NCBI GenBank assembly: GCA_050260375.1
Contig: JBLNCA010000007.1
Location: forward strand, 1,597-65,596
Direction: 5' to 3'
DNA from: Burkholderiales bacterium
GTDB lineage: Bacteria > Bacillota > Clostridia > Christensenellales > SZUA-584
Length of the DNA: 64,000 nt
This document shows, piece after piece, positions 1-9,257 of the stretch. Every line of letters begins with the position of its first letter. Positions within the stretch are counted from its first letter, which is position 1. Under the pieces are notes generated by a model. It saw nothing but the letters and a program-made list of their open reading frames with translations, searched no databases and had not been told where the DNA came from. The translations under genes were made by a program, and so were the position numbers.

Positions 1-912
1 GAAGTCCTCGGCGGTGTGCCTGCGCCCCAAACGCTCAAGCGTCGTTTCTTTAAGCGTCTGCGGATTGACGCTGATGCGCCCAGCACCCGCGGCTTTTATC
101 AGCCCGAGCTTTTCTTCGGTTATCGTGTCGGGACGGCCCGCCTCTACGGTGAATTCACGGGCGCCCGAGGCAATCTCCGATGCCTTTTTAAGCACGGCTT
201 CAAGGCTGTCCGCGCCGAGCGCCGTAGGCGTGCCGCCGCCTATATACACTGAGCGCACATGCCTGCCCGCAAACCGCCGCTCTATATGCGAAAGCTCGTT
301 AAGCAGCGCCGCCACGTATTTTTGCTCAGCGCCTTTAAACACTCCGGGAACGTTGGAAGCAAACGAGCAGTATGCGCATCTTGTAGTGCAAAAAGGTATG
401 CCTATGTATACGTCTACGTCGTTATCCGCCGGGAAACAGGGCTTTTGTACGTCCACTATGCTTTTGGCGAAATCGTATTTCTCTTCGGTTACGTCAAACT
501 CGTTTAAAAACAGCGCTCTCGCGCCTTCACTTCCCAGCCTGGCCTCGCTGTCGCGCAGCAGCTTGGTAGGGCGCACGCCCGTAAGCGAGCCCCACGGCAT
601 CGACACCCCGAAGTACGTTGAAAGCGCCCGGTATGCGCTTATCTTTGCGGCCCGCTTTTGGTTGCGCTTCTGCTCAAGCGCGCCCTGACCCAGCGGGCAG
701 CGGTACTCGTATTCCGAAACGGGAGCGCCGCCCATGAATACGGAAGTAAAGCTTGCGGCCTCTCCCCCGGCTTCGCACGAGTGGTGCAGCACGCACAGGC
801 CTTCTGGCAAAGGCGCAGCTTCCTTAAGGCGCTCAATTTTCCTCGTGTCTATGAAAAGACGTATCTCTTCGCATATGTCGCCGAAGAATGTTTCCGTAAA
901 CAGCGCCGTCAT
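1..912 (-). CDS. hemZ: Radical SAM coproporphyrinogen dehydrogenase-like protein (HemZ/HemN family); C-terminus lies outside the window
   Basis: Absent from the ORF track because it runs off the window edge. My minus-strand translation from ATG (912-910) reads MTALFTETFFGD...PWGSLTGVRPTKLL...DVYIGIPFCTTRCAYCSF (CxxxCxxC radical-SAM motif)...RSVYIGGGTPTAL...ISVNPQT. The start overlaps the stop of the upstream gene (ATGA). Confidence 0.75.
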   Translation of the reverse strand, partial: MTALFTETFFGDICEEIRLFIDTRKIERLKEAAPLPEGLCVLHHSCEAGGEAASFTSVFMGGAPVSEYEYRCPLGQGALEQKRNQKRAAKISAYRALSTYFGVSMPWGSLTGVRPTKLLRDSEARLGSEGARALFLNEFDVTEEKYDFAKSIVDVQKPCFPADNDVDVYIGIPFCTTRCAYCSFASNVPGVFKGAEQKYVAALLNELSHIERRFAGRHVRSVYIGGGTPTALGADSLEAVLKKASEIASGAREFTVEAGRPDTITEEKLGLIKAAGAGRISVNPQTLKETTLERLGRRHTAEDF

Positions 913-1541
913 CTCGGCCTCTTAAGGAACGGGTTATGGCGCAGCTCGATGAACAATGTCGTATCGGGGCCGTGGCCTGTATATACGGTATAGTCGATTT
1001 TAAGCCCGCCTATCGTTTTATGCAATGTGTCGTAATACTCCGCAGGGTCGCCGCCCGGCAGGTCGGTGCGGCCGCACGACATATAGAACAGCGAATCTCC
1101 CGAGAACATGGCGTTTTCCGCTATATAGCACACGCTGCCGCCCGAATGACCCGGAGTATGCAGCACATAAACGTCCATATCCGCAGCGTCAAGCGTCTCT
1201 CCGCCCTTAAGCATGACATCCGCCTCGCAGGGCTGTACGCGCATGCCCGCCATGAGAGCCAGGCTGTCCCGCGAGCTTTTAAGCATATGCGCGTCGCGCT
1301 CGTGTATGCACACCTTAGCGCCCGTGGCGCGCCGCAACTCCGCCGCCGCGCCTATATGGTCGAAATGTCCGTGCGTCAGCAGTATATGCGTTACGTCCTC
1401 TATGCCGTTTTCTTCAAGCCTGGAAAGTATCAGCGCTTCGTCTCCGCCCGGATCGACTACGAAAGCCCTATCCGAACCTTCTTTATATGCTATATACGCG
1501 TTGGCTTCAAGTGCTCCCACCGTAATCTTTATAACTTTCAT
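909..1541 (-). CDS. MBL-fold metallo-hydrolase (hydroxyacylglutathione hydrolase-like)
   Basis: 210-aa ORF. HxHxDH metal motif in THILLTHGHFDHIG, later HTPGHSGG. SD GGAGAAAG lies before the ATG. Confidence 0.85.
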   Translation of the reverse strand: MKVIKITVGALEANAYIAYKEGSDRAFVVDPGGDEALILSRLEENGIEDVTHILLTHGHFDHIGAAAELRRATGAKVCIHERDAHMLKSSRDSLALMAGMRVQPCEADVMLKGGETLDAADMDVYVLHTPGHSGGSVCYIAENAMFSGDSLFYMSCGRTDLPGGDPAEYYDTLHKTIGGLKIDYTVYTGHGPDTTLFIELRHNPFLKRPR

Positions 1542-1633
1542 ACACTTTCTCCTTTTGAACCGGCGGCAGGCCCCTCGGGGGCCCTTACGCCTCCAAACGC
1601 CGCGCCGCTGCTGACAAATGCATGAAGTATAAG

Positions 1634-2080
1634 TCAGTATATCCGCTTGGAGTTCAGCAGTATCGTCACCGGGCCGTCGCCCGCCGAATTAACCGTCATA
1701 TGCGCGCCGAACTCGCCTTCTTCAGTTATTATGCCCATAGCGCGGAAAGCGCGGACGCATTTATCGTACATGATTTTTGCTTCCATCGCTTCCGCCGCCC
1801 TCGTAAAATCGGGCCGCCTGCCCTTTCGAGCATCGCCCGCGAGCGTGAACTGCGATACTACGAGTATCGAAGCGCCCACGTCGGCAACGCTTAAATCCAT
1901 CTTACCGCCTTTCTCGAATATCCTTAAGCCCGCCGTTTTGCGGACAATGTAGTCAAGGTCTTCTTCGGTGTCGCCCTTCTCGACGCCCAGCAGCACCAGC
2001 AGCCCTTTATTTATGCTGCCCGTTACCCTGCATTCCACAGTAACCGACGCCGAACTTACGCGCTGCACTACAGCTATCAT
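1634..2080 (-). CDS. dtd: D-aminoacyl-tRNA deacylase
   Basis: 148 aa. MIAVVQRVSSASV...VVSQFTLAGDARKGRRP is typical of Dtd. SD AAGGAGAA. Sits directly downstream of relA, as in many Bacillota. Confidence 0.9.
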   Translation of the reverse strand: MIAVVQRVSSASVTVECRVTGSINKGLLVLLGVEKGDTEEDLDYIVRKTAGLRIFEKGGKMDLSVADVGASILVVSQFTLAGDARKGRRPDFTRAAEAMEAKIMYDKCVRAFRAMGIITEEGEFGAHMTVNSAGDGPVTILLNSKRIY

Positions 2081-2102
2081 CGTTTCTCCTTATAACGAGG
2101 GG

Positions 2103-4259
2103 TTATTTGTGTATCCTGAATACCTCATGCACGCCGGGTATTGACTTTAAGCCTTTGAATATTATCTCGAGCTGGCTTATGTCGGATATCTCGAGGCCTA
2201 CTATTATTACCGCCGCGCTGCCCTTGCCGAGCCGCGCGTTAACCGACGTCAGCGGTACTCCCAGGCTGAATATCTTGTTGGAAACTTCGGCAATGAGCCC
2301 GCGCCTGTCGTCCGCGTTTATCTGTACTTCAACACCGTACGACGAGCTTTCGTTCTCCGACCACTTCACCTCTATCATGCGGCCCGACTCAAAATCCGCG
2401 GTCGTTATATTCGAGCAGTCGCTTCTGTGCACCGATACGCCTCTCCCGCGCGTTATGTAACCTACGATGCTGTCTCCGGGCACGGGGTTGCAGCACTTGG
2501 CAAAGCGCACTACCATATCGTCGTAGCCTTTTACTATCACGCCGCTCGAATCGGCCTTGCGCGGCCTTCTCGCCTCCTGCCTTACATCCTGCTCTTTGTT
2601 CTGCCGCGTGTATTCCTGTATCAGCCGCGACAGTATCTGGCCGGTGGCTATGCCTCCGTATCCTACCGCGGCGTACATGTCGTCCACCGACTGCAGCGTG
2701 AATTTCTTGAATATGCCTTTGAGCCACTCGGGACGGAAAAGCGTTTTAAACTCGTATCCGCGGTGCCGCGCTTCCTTTTCGAGCATTTCGCGGCCTTTGG
2801 CTATGTTCTCCTCTTTGAGCTCCTTGCGGAACCAGTTCTTTATCTTGCTCTTCGCCTGAGACGTCTTTACGATTTTCAGCCAGTCGCGCGACGGCCCTTT
2901 TGAAGCCGCCGACGTAATTATCTCGACAATGTCGCCCGTTTTAAGCACGTACCCCAGCGGAACGATTTTGCCGTTTACCTTCGCGCCCGCGCACTTGTGG
3001 CCTATCTCGCTGTGTATCGCGTAAGCGAAATCGAGAGGCGTCGCGCCCTGCACGAACTCCTTTACGTCCCCTTTGGGCGTGAACACGAAAACCCTGTCGC
3101 TGTAGAAGTCTACTTTGAGCGACTCCATGAACTCCTTGGAGTCCCTCATATCCGTCTGCCACTCGAGCAGTTCGCGTAGCCACGCGAGCTTCTTGTCCAT
3201 ATCCTTGTCGGCCGCGCCGCCCTCTTTATAATGCCAGTGCGCCGCGATGCCGTACTCGGCGGTGGAATGCATTTCTCTGGTGCGTATCTGCACTTCGAAC
3301 GGCCTTCCGTCCTTGCCCAGCACAGTGGTGTGTATCGACTGGTACATGTTCTGCTTGGGCACGGCTATATAGTCCTTAAAGCGCCCGGGCAGCGGCTTCC
3401 ACTCGGTATGAATGGTGCCCAGAACCGCGTAGCAGTCCCTTACCGTCTTTACTATAATGCGTATCGCCATGAGGTCGTAGACCTCTTCGAATTCCCTCTG
3501 CTTGTTGTGTATCTTGTTGTAAATGCTGTAGATATGCTTCGGCCTGCCTTCGACGTCGGCCTCTACTTTTATCTTTTTCAGCATCTCTTTTATCTGCTCT
3601 ATTACGCCGTTAATATACTCGTTGCGCTGCGCGCGCGTTTCGTTTATCTTGGAGGCGATTTCAAAGTAGCCCTGTTCGTCAAGGTACTTGAGAGATAAGT
3701 CTTCGAGCTGCCACTTTATCGCGTTGATGCCGAGCCGGTGCGCGAGCGGGGCGTAAATATCGAGCGTCTCCCTCGCTTTTTCTATCTGCTTTTCCTTGCT
3801 CTGGTACTTAAGCGTGCGCATGTTGTGCAGCCGGTCGGCAAGCTTTACGAGTATTACGCGTATATCGCTCGCCATTGCAAGGAACATCTTGCGCAGGTTC
3901 TCGGCCTGGTTTTCCTCCTTCGAAAGGAAATCGACCTGGCCTACTTTAGTCACGCCGTCGACGAGCTTCGCTATCTCGTCGCCGAACTCCTTTCGCAGCT
4001 CGCTTATCGTGACGGTCGTGTCCTCCGCTATGTCGTGAAACAGCCCCGCTATTATCGTGGATATGTCGAGCGAAAGCTCTATGAGTATATTTGCGACCTC
4101 ATAAGGGTGCATGAAAAACGGCTCACCCGAAAGCCGCGTCTGGCCTTCGTGAGCTTTTTCCGCATAGGTATAGGCTTTTTTGAAAAGAGCCTGATCCTCT
4201 TTGCTGTAATTCTTCTGCCTGAGTTTTTCCGTCAGTTCTTCCAAAATACGCTCCTGCAT
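2103..4259 (-). CDS. relA: Bifunctional (p)ppGpp synthetase/hydrolase RelA/SpoT family
   Basis: 718 aa. HD hydrolase region (SGEPFFMHPYEVA, GLFHDIAEDT), synthetase region (RFKDYIAVPKQNMYQSIHTTV, EVQIRT), TGS region (VFVFTPKGDV) and C-terminal ACT-like region. Confidence 0.95.
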   Translation of the reverse strand: MQERILEELTEKLRQKNYSKEDQALFKKAYTYAEKAHEGQTRLSGEPFFMHPYEVANILIELSLDISTIIAGLFHDIAEDTTVTISELRKEFGDEIAKLVDGVTKVGQVDFLSKEENQAENLRKMFLAMASDIRVILVKLADRLHNMRTLKYQSKEKQIEKARETLDIYAPLAHRLGINAIKWQLEDLSLKYLDEQGYFEIASKINETRAQRNEYINGVIEQIKEMLKKIKVEADVEGRPKHIYSIYNKIHNKQREFEEVYDLMAIRIIVKTVRDCYAVLGTIHTEWKPLPGRFKDYIAVPKQNMYQSIHTTVLGKDGRPFEVQIRTREMHSTAEYGIAAHWHYKEGGAADKDMDKKLAWLRELLEWQTDMRDSKEFMESLKVDFYSDRVFVFTPKGDVKEFVQGATPLDFAYAIHSEIGHKCAGAKVNGKIVPLGYVLKTGDIVEIITSAASKGPSRDWLKIVKTSQAKSKIKNWFRKELKEENIAKGREMLEKEARHRGYEFKTLFRPEWLKGIFKKFTLQSVDDMYAAVGYGGIATGQILSRLIQEYTRQNKEQDVRQEARRPRKADSSGVIVKGYDDMVVRFAKCCNPVPGDSIVGYITRGRGVSVHRSDCSNITTADFESGRMIEVKWSENESSSYGVEVQINADDRRGLIAEVSNKIFSLGVPLTSVNARLGKGSAAVIIVGLEISDISQLEIIFKGLKSIPGVHEVFRIHK

Positions 4260-6590
4260 CTACCCTAAAAACCCTTTGAAGCCGCAAAAGCAAGCGCTTT
4301 GCATCAAGTCCTTTTTCGGCCTGCCTTTTATTGCATGTATTCTACCACTTTTATCAGTCTCAATCAACTCAAGCTCACGCAGCACCCTTTGCATGAACGC
4401 AAATTTCTCGTGAGCCACGCCCAAGCGCTGCTCCGCCTCGCAAGGCTCCACAGGTCCGCCTGACAGCGCTTCGAAAGCTTTAAGCATCTCTTTCCTCGGC
4501 GCGAAATAACGCCGTGCCTCATCGCGATAGAGCGCAAGCATCTTGCCGTCAAAAAACGAGCCCGCGCCTGCCCCGGCGCGCAGCGTGCGCTGGAACCCTG
4601 CGGGCGCCGACACGGCTACGCAGTTGCAGGCAGTATACGCCTTTGCGTCATAAAGAAAGAGTTCTCCGCTCCGCAGCCCTTCATCCACTGCTTTTATGTT
4701 CAAAAGCCTTTTAAACGCGGGCGCGGTGGGCGCTTCTACGCACAGCCCGAACCTGCTCTTTTTCTGCTCGCTTGCCAACAAAGCGGCAAACTGCTCTTCG
4801 CTCATGCCTTCGGGCATGCCGCATTTACCTATATGCGTAATCTCGTCGAGAAAGTTCTGTATCATTTCCCGCCTGTTTGCGGCGAGGAAGCCCGCTGCCA
4901 GCGCCTCGTCATATTTTACTGCTATTTCGCGCACTATAAGCTGGGGAGCGCCGTTATATTCGTTTATGTCCGCCTCGCAGAGAAAATCGCACGACTGCGA
5001 TATGAATGAATGCGAATCCTTATAGAAGAAATTGACGGCTTCTATAGAGTGCTTTGCCTGCCTCATGCGGAACTTAAGATGCGGCTTTCTTCCGTTGCCC
5101 ACAAACTTTGAATCCGCTATATCCGCGGATACAGCTATCACAGGCTTTTCGTTGCATTGCCCGAACGGCTCGAGCCGCTCGAGGTCTCTTACAAACTCCG
5201 GCGTTATATCACCTACGTTCAAACGCAGGTCGTATGTTCTTTTCCGCTCGAACACGCTCTCGTCGTAATGCGTGTTTATATATTCGCACACGTCGCGCCT
5301 TAAGCCTTCAAGCACGCCGGACGCTATCGTAAGCCCCGCGGCCTGCGCGTGTCCCCCGAACTTTTCGTACTTTTCCGCAAACGCGCCCAGCACCTCAAAC
5401 ATGTTAATGCCTTCAATGCTTCTTGCCGAGCCCACAAGGCTGCCGCCGTTGCCTCCGAAAAGCACGCAAGGCCGCGTGTACTTCTCGGCTATCTTTGCCG
5501 CCGCGATGCCAATTACGCCCGCGTTCCACGACTCGTCCGCGAGCATTATCGCGCTGTCGTTCATATACGCGTTTGCCTGTATCATCTCTTCCGCGCTGTT
5601 TTGTATATCCTCGACTTCCTTCCTGCGGCGCTCGTTGAGCGTGCAAAGCTTCTCCGCGTTTTCCCGCAGCGCGGGCGAAAGCCGCTGCGCGCTTAGTATG
5701 TCTATCGCGAGCTCCGCCGTGTCCATGCGCCCCGCCGCGTTTATCCTCGGCCCGAGGCCGAAGCTTACGCCGAACGACGAGATCTTGGCAAGCTCTATGC
5801 CCGCGCATTCGGCTAGCGCCTCCAAGCCGGCGCAAGGCTCGCTGCGCAGCTTCTTTATGCCGAGGTGCGCTATCGCCCTGTTTTCACCCAGCAGAGGCAC
5901 GATGTCCGTAACCGTGCCTACCGCTATTAAGTCTATGTATTTCATAGCCTCCGAAAGCGACGAGAGCGCGTGTATCAGCTTAAACGCAACTCCGCAGCCC
6001 GCAAGGTAGGGGCAGGGGTAAGAGCTGTCGGGGCGCTTCGGGTTTATAATATACGGCGTGTCGGGAAGCGCGCCGCATTCGTGATGGTCCGTTATTATCA
6101 CATCCACGCCGAGGCTGCGGGCCAGCGCCGTCTCGGCTACGTTCGTTATGCCGCAGTCCACGGTGATTATAAGCGACGCGCCGCCTTGGGCTATCGCCTG
6201 TACAGCTTCAAGCGAGAGCCCGTAGCCCTCGCGGTGGCGGTTGGGCGTCATTATCGACACATCCGCTCCCCGGCTTTTAAGATACAGAAAAAGAGCGCAG
6301 CCTCCGCACGTGCCGTCCGCGTCGTAGTCGCAGAAAACCGTTATCTTTTCGTTCCTTTTAAGCGCCGTCTTTATGCGCCGGGCGCTTTTTTCCATATCGG
6401 GCAGCAGCAGCGGGTCTAAAAGCTGCTCCGGCCCGGGGTACAGAAAGCGCTTCGCTTCTGTCGCCGTAGTAACGCCCCGCTTAAAAAGCAGCCTTGCCGC
6501 AGGTTCGGAAAGCCCGGTTGCCCGCCGCAAGGCTTCCACTGCTTCGGCGTTGAATTCGGTATCGTATTTTTTCTCTACAAACTTTATCAA
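4260..6590 (-). CDS. recJ: Single-stranded-DNA-specific exonuclease RecJ
   Basis: 776 aa. DHH motifs VFCDYDADGTCG, IITVDCG and VIITDHHE; DHHA1 motif GGHAQAAG. TTG start with AAGAGG SD. Confidence 0.9.
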   Translation of the reverse strand: MIKFVEKKYDTEFNAEAVEALRRATGLSEPAARLLFKRGVTTATEAKRFLYPGPEQLLDPLLLPDMEKSARRIKTALKRNEKITVFCDYDADGTCGGCALFLYLKSRGADVSIMTPNRHREGYGLSLEAVQAIAQGGASLIITVDCGITNVAETALARSLGVDVIITDHHECGALPDTPYIINPKRPDSSYPCPYLAGCGVAFKLIHALSSLSEAMKYIDLIAVGTVTDIVPLLGENRAIAHLGIKKLRSEPCAGLEALAECAGIELAKISSFGVSFGLGPRINAAGRMDTAELAIDILSAQRLSPALRENAEKLCTLNERRRKEVEDIQNSAEEMIQANAYMNDSAIMLADESWNAGVIGIAAAKIAEKYTRPCVLFGGNGGSLVGSARSIEGINMFEVLGAFAEKYEKFGGHAQAAGLTIASGVLEGLRRDVCEYINTHYDESVFERKRTYDLRLNVGDITPEFVRDLERLEPFGQCNEKPVIAVSADIADSKFVGNGRKPHLKFRMRQAKHSIEAVNFFYKDSHSFISQSCDFLCEADINEYNGAPQLIVREIAVKYDEALAAGFLAANRREMIQNFLDEITHIGKCGMPEGMSEEQFAALLASEQKKSRFGLCVEAPTAPAFKRLLNIKAVDEGLRSGELFLYDAKAYTACNCVAVSAPAGFQRTLRAGAGAGSFFDGKMLALYRDEARRYFAPRKEMLKAFEALSGGPVEPCEAEQRLGVAHEKFAFMQRVLRELELIETDKSGRIHAIKGRPKKDLMQSACFCGFKGFLG

Positions 6591-6698
6591 AGCGACCTCT
6601 TAATACCCCTGAAAACACGTTTATACTGTTGCGTTTTCTTTATATTATAACTAAAGCCTTCCTCCCGGGAAAGGCTTCAGCTTTATTAGATAATCAAC

Positions 6699-6788
6699 TT
6701 TTATACCAGCAAGCCTCATGGCTTGCCGAGGAACCCTATTTTCACCCCCCATAAAGCTTTATGCTTTATGGGGACTCCATGTTTACGC
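6699..6788 (+). repeat. Family-1 hairpin repeat, two head-to-tail units (first degenerate) in the secF-recJ spacer
   Basis: ...CCAGCAAGCCTCATGGCTTGCCGAGGAACCCTAT / TTTCACCCCCCATAAAGCTTTATGCTTTATGGGGACTCCATGTTTAC. The secF stop (6783-6785) lies in the unit tail. Confidence 0.8.
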
Positions 6789-7712
6789 TTTAGACTTCTG
6801 AAGCGACGCTTTGTAGCGAAGCCTCTTGTCTTTTCTTTCCTCAAGCCATACCCATATCGGGCTCGCAATGAAAATCGACGAATACGTACCGCTGATAAGT
6901 CCGACAATGATGGGCAGCGCGAACTCCTTTATCGACTGCACGCCCAGTATGTATACTGCCGTTATCGTTATTAGCGTGGTCAGCGACGTGTTTATCGTCC
7001 TCGGCAGCGTTTCTTTTATACTCAAATCCGCCACCTGCATCCTCGGCAGTTCCTTCGCGCCGTATTTTCTGTTGTTCTCCCTTATCCTGTCGAACACTAC
7101 GATGGTATCGTTTATCGAGTAACCCACTATCGTAAGGCAGGCGGCTATGTACGAGCTGTTTATCTGCAGCCGCGTTATTGAAACAAACGCGGTCATTACA
7201 AGCACGTCGTGTATAAGCGCCAATACGCCCGCTATGCCGGAATACAGCGTGAACCTTATCCATATATATACCAGCATCAATGCAGACGCTATTGCAACGG
7301 ACAGAAACGCTTTATTTACTATCTCTCCCGACGTAGTGCCTCCCACGTTCTCTATCTCGCCCGCATACGCGCCCGGATATTTGGCCTCAAGCGAGTTTAC
7401 TATCGATTCGCGCAGGGCCTTCATATCGGTAGTCTCGGGCATAAGCTGCAATCTTATGACCGCCTCGTTGCCTCTTTCACCTCCGTGCACTATCTGGGCG
7501 GTCGCCGGATCGACGCCGTTTTCCTTAAGGGCGTCGGCTACATCCTGGTCGTTAAACGCCGTTTTCAGATCAATAGTGAGTATGCTGCCGCCCGTAAAAT
7601 CTATGCCGAGGTTAAGGCCGCCGTTTATAATCCCCATGATAAGCCCCAGAAGTATTATCGCGCCCGACAGCATCAGAAAGTATTTCGTTTTACTTAAGAA
7701 CATCATCTTCAT
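6783..7712 (-). CDS. secF: Protein translocase subunit SecF
   Basis: 309-aa polytopic protein with SecF-type periplasmic loop and TM bundle. Starts 1 nt after the secD stop. Confidence 0.9.
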   Translation of the reverse strand: MKMMFLSKTKYFLMLSGAIILLGLIMGIINGGLNLGIDFTGGSILTIDLKTAFNDQDVADALKENGVDPATAQIVHGGERGNEAVIRLQLMPETTDMKALRESIVNSLEAKYPGAYAGEIENVGGTTSGEIVNKAFLSVAIASALMLVYIWIRFTLYSGIAGVLALIHDVLVMTAFVSITRLQINSSYIAACLTIVGYSINDTIVVFDRIRENNRKYGAKELPRMQVADLSIKETLPRTINTSLTTLITITAVYILGVQSIKEFALPIIVGLISGTYSSIFIASPIWVWLEERKDKRLRYKASLQKSKA

Positions 7713-7713
7713 G

Positions 7714-9027
7714 TTACTCGCCTCCTTTTACTGCCGATTCGGCAACCGGTTTTCTTGACGAGTACAGCTTCAAGTTCTTCAAATCAAAATCGAGTATTAT
7801 GTTCATCAGCCACCTTGTCACCACAACGGCGGTGAACATCGAAACGACTATGCTAATAATAAGCGTGTATCCGAAGCCTTTTATAGTGCCCACGCCTAAT
7901 GCCGCGATTACTATGCCCGCGATTATCGTCGTTATATTTGAGTCTATTATCGTGCTCATAGCCTTGTGCCAGCCCGCCTTCATAGACGCGCGCAGCGTCT
8001 TGCCGGTGGCTAGCTCGTCCTTGAACCTTTCGAATATTATTACGTTGGCGTCTACCGCCATGCCTATGCCGAGTATTATGCCCGCTATGCCCGGCAGCGT
8101 TAGCTGAATAGCCGGTATCAGCGCCAGCAGCAGCACGATTATATACATATACAGTGCAAGCGCGATGCACGCCACAAAGCCCGGAAGGCGGTAGTAAACG
8201 ACCATGAACAGGAACAACACGCACACGCCTACAAGCCCCGCGAACAGGCTCTTGTCAAGCGCTTCCTGCCCGAGCGTGGCGCTCATCGAGCGGTTTTCCT
8301 TTTCATGCAGCACCAGCGGCAGAGCGCCCGATTCTATCTGCATAGCGAGATCGGAAGCCTCTTCCCTGGTAAAGCCGCCTTCTATCTGTGCTTGTCCTCC
8401 GTATATCGGGCCGCTCTTTACTGTAGCCCTCGATATCTCTTTGCCGTCCAGCGTCATGATTATCGCGGTTCCGTTGTTATAAGCCTCTTCGGTAAGCTTT
8501 CCAAAAAGCTCCGCGCCTTCCGAATTGAACCTTAAAGCAACTACGTATTGGGAAGCTCCTGTCGTCGGATCTGTATTAGTCGTGGGATAAGCCTGGTTTA
8601 CGTGAGCGCCCGTGAGCTTCGTTTCTCCGTCGGCGTTCTTGAACTCCAAAAGCCCCGTCGTGCTTATGAACGAAAGTATCTGATCAGGGTCTTTTATCTG
8701 GCTCGTCTCGTTTATAGGCACCTCTACCCTTATCTGGTTTTTGCCCTGCTGCACTACGGTAGCCTCGGTGTAGCCCTTTTCGTCAAGCCTGTTGCGCAGC
8801 ACGCTTAATGTCGTGTACATCTTTGCGTCGAATTCAGCGTCAGTATATTCGCCCTGATCCGCATTGAACACGGCGTAAACGCCGCCGGTCAGGTCAAGGC
8901 CCAGACTTACCTGCTGCGGCAGAGGATTGAACGTGTATATGTCGACCGAAAAACCGGCCATGGTAAAATACACGATCACGCCGACGACCAGAAGGGCCAC
9001 CAGCGTTATTATCCTGCGTCTTTTCAT
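7714..9027 (-). CDS. secD: Protein translocase subunit SecD
   Basis: 437 aa. N-terminal TM, large extracytoplasmic domain, C-terminal 5-TM bundle (GIAGIILGIGMAVDANVIIFERFKDE). Confidence 0.9.
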   Translation of the reverse strand: MKRRRIITLVALLVVGVIVYFTMAGFSVDIYTFNPLPQQVSLGLDLTGGVYAVFNADQGEYTDAEFDAKMYTTLSVLRNRLDEKGYTEATVVQQGKNQIRVEVPINETSQIKDPDQILSFISTTGLLEFKNADGETKLTGAHVNQAYPTTNTDPTTGASQYVVALRFNSEGAELFGKLTEEAYNNGTAIIMTLDGKEISRATVKSGPIYGGQAQIEGGFTREEASDLAMQIESGALPLVLHEKENRSMSATLGQEALDKSLFAGLVGVCVLFLFMVVYYRLPGFVACIALALYMYIIVLLLALIPAIQLTLPGIAGIILGIGMAVDANVIIFERFKDELATGKTLRASMKAGWHKAMSTIIDSNITTIIAGIVIAALGVGTIKGFGYTLIISIVVSMFTAVVVTRWLMNIILDFDLKNLKLYSSRKPVAESAVKGGE

Positions 9028-9173
9028 GTATTACCGCTTCCTCCTTACGTATTTGCTGATTATCCTTTTATCGGGGCTGCCGCGATAGTATAACTTGCGC
9101 ACGCGCCCTTTAAACGCAAGAAAAGCCGCTTGATGCTCTTCCTGCCAACAAATAATCGCAGAAAACTCACTCC

Positions 9174-9202
9174 ATTATAACCATGCTTTTCTCAATAGTC
9201 AA
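9174..9202 (-). promoter_or_regulatory. Sigma-A type promoter for secDF
   Basis: The minus strand reads TTGACT (9202-9197), a 17-nt spacer, then TATAAT (9179-9174), about 145 nt upstream of the secD start. Confidence 0.55.
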
Positions 9203-9257
9203 CAAAACTAAGGCCATAAAGCGCCATATAATTGCTGCAGCCGGCGCCGGTAAAGAG

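Noticed and set aside
1561-1590. A GGCCCC-tc-GGGGGCC hairpin between dtd and the MBL gene, as a possible degenerate family-1 repeat.
   Set aside because: It shares only the G/C clamp. It lacks the TTTACACCCC and GACCCCGTA flanks. It may just be an inter-cistronic stem.
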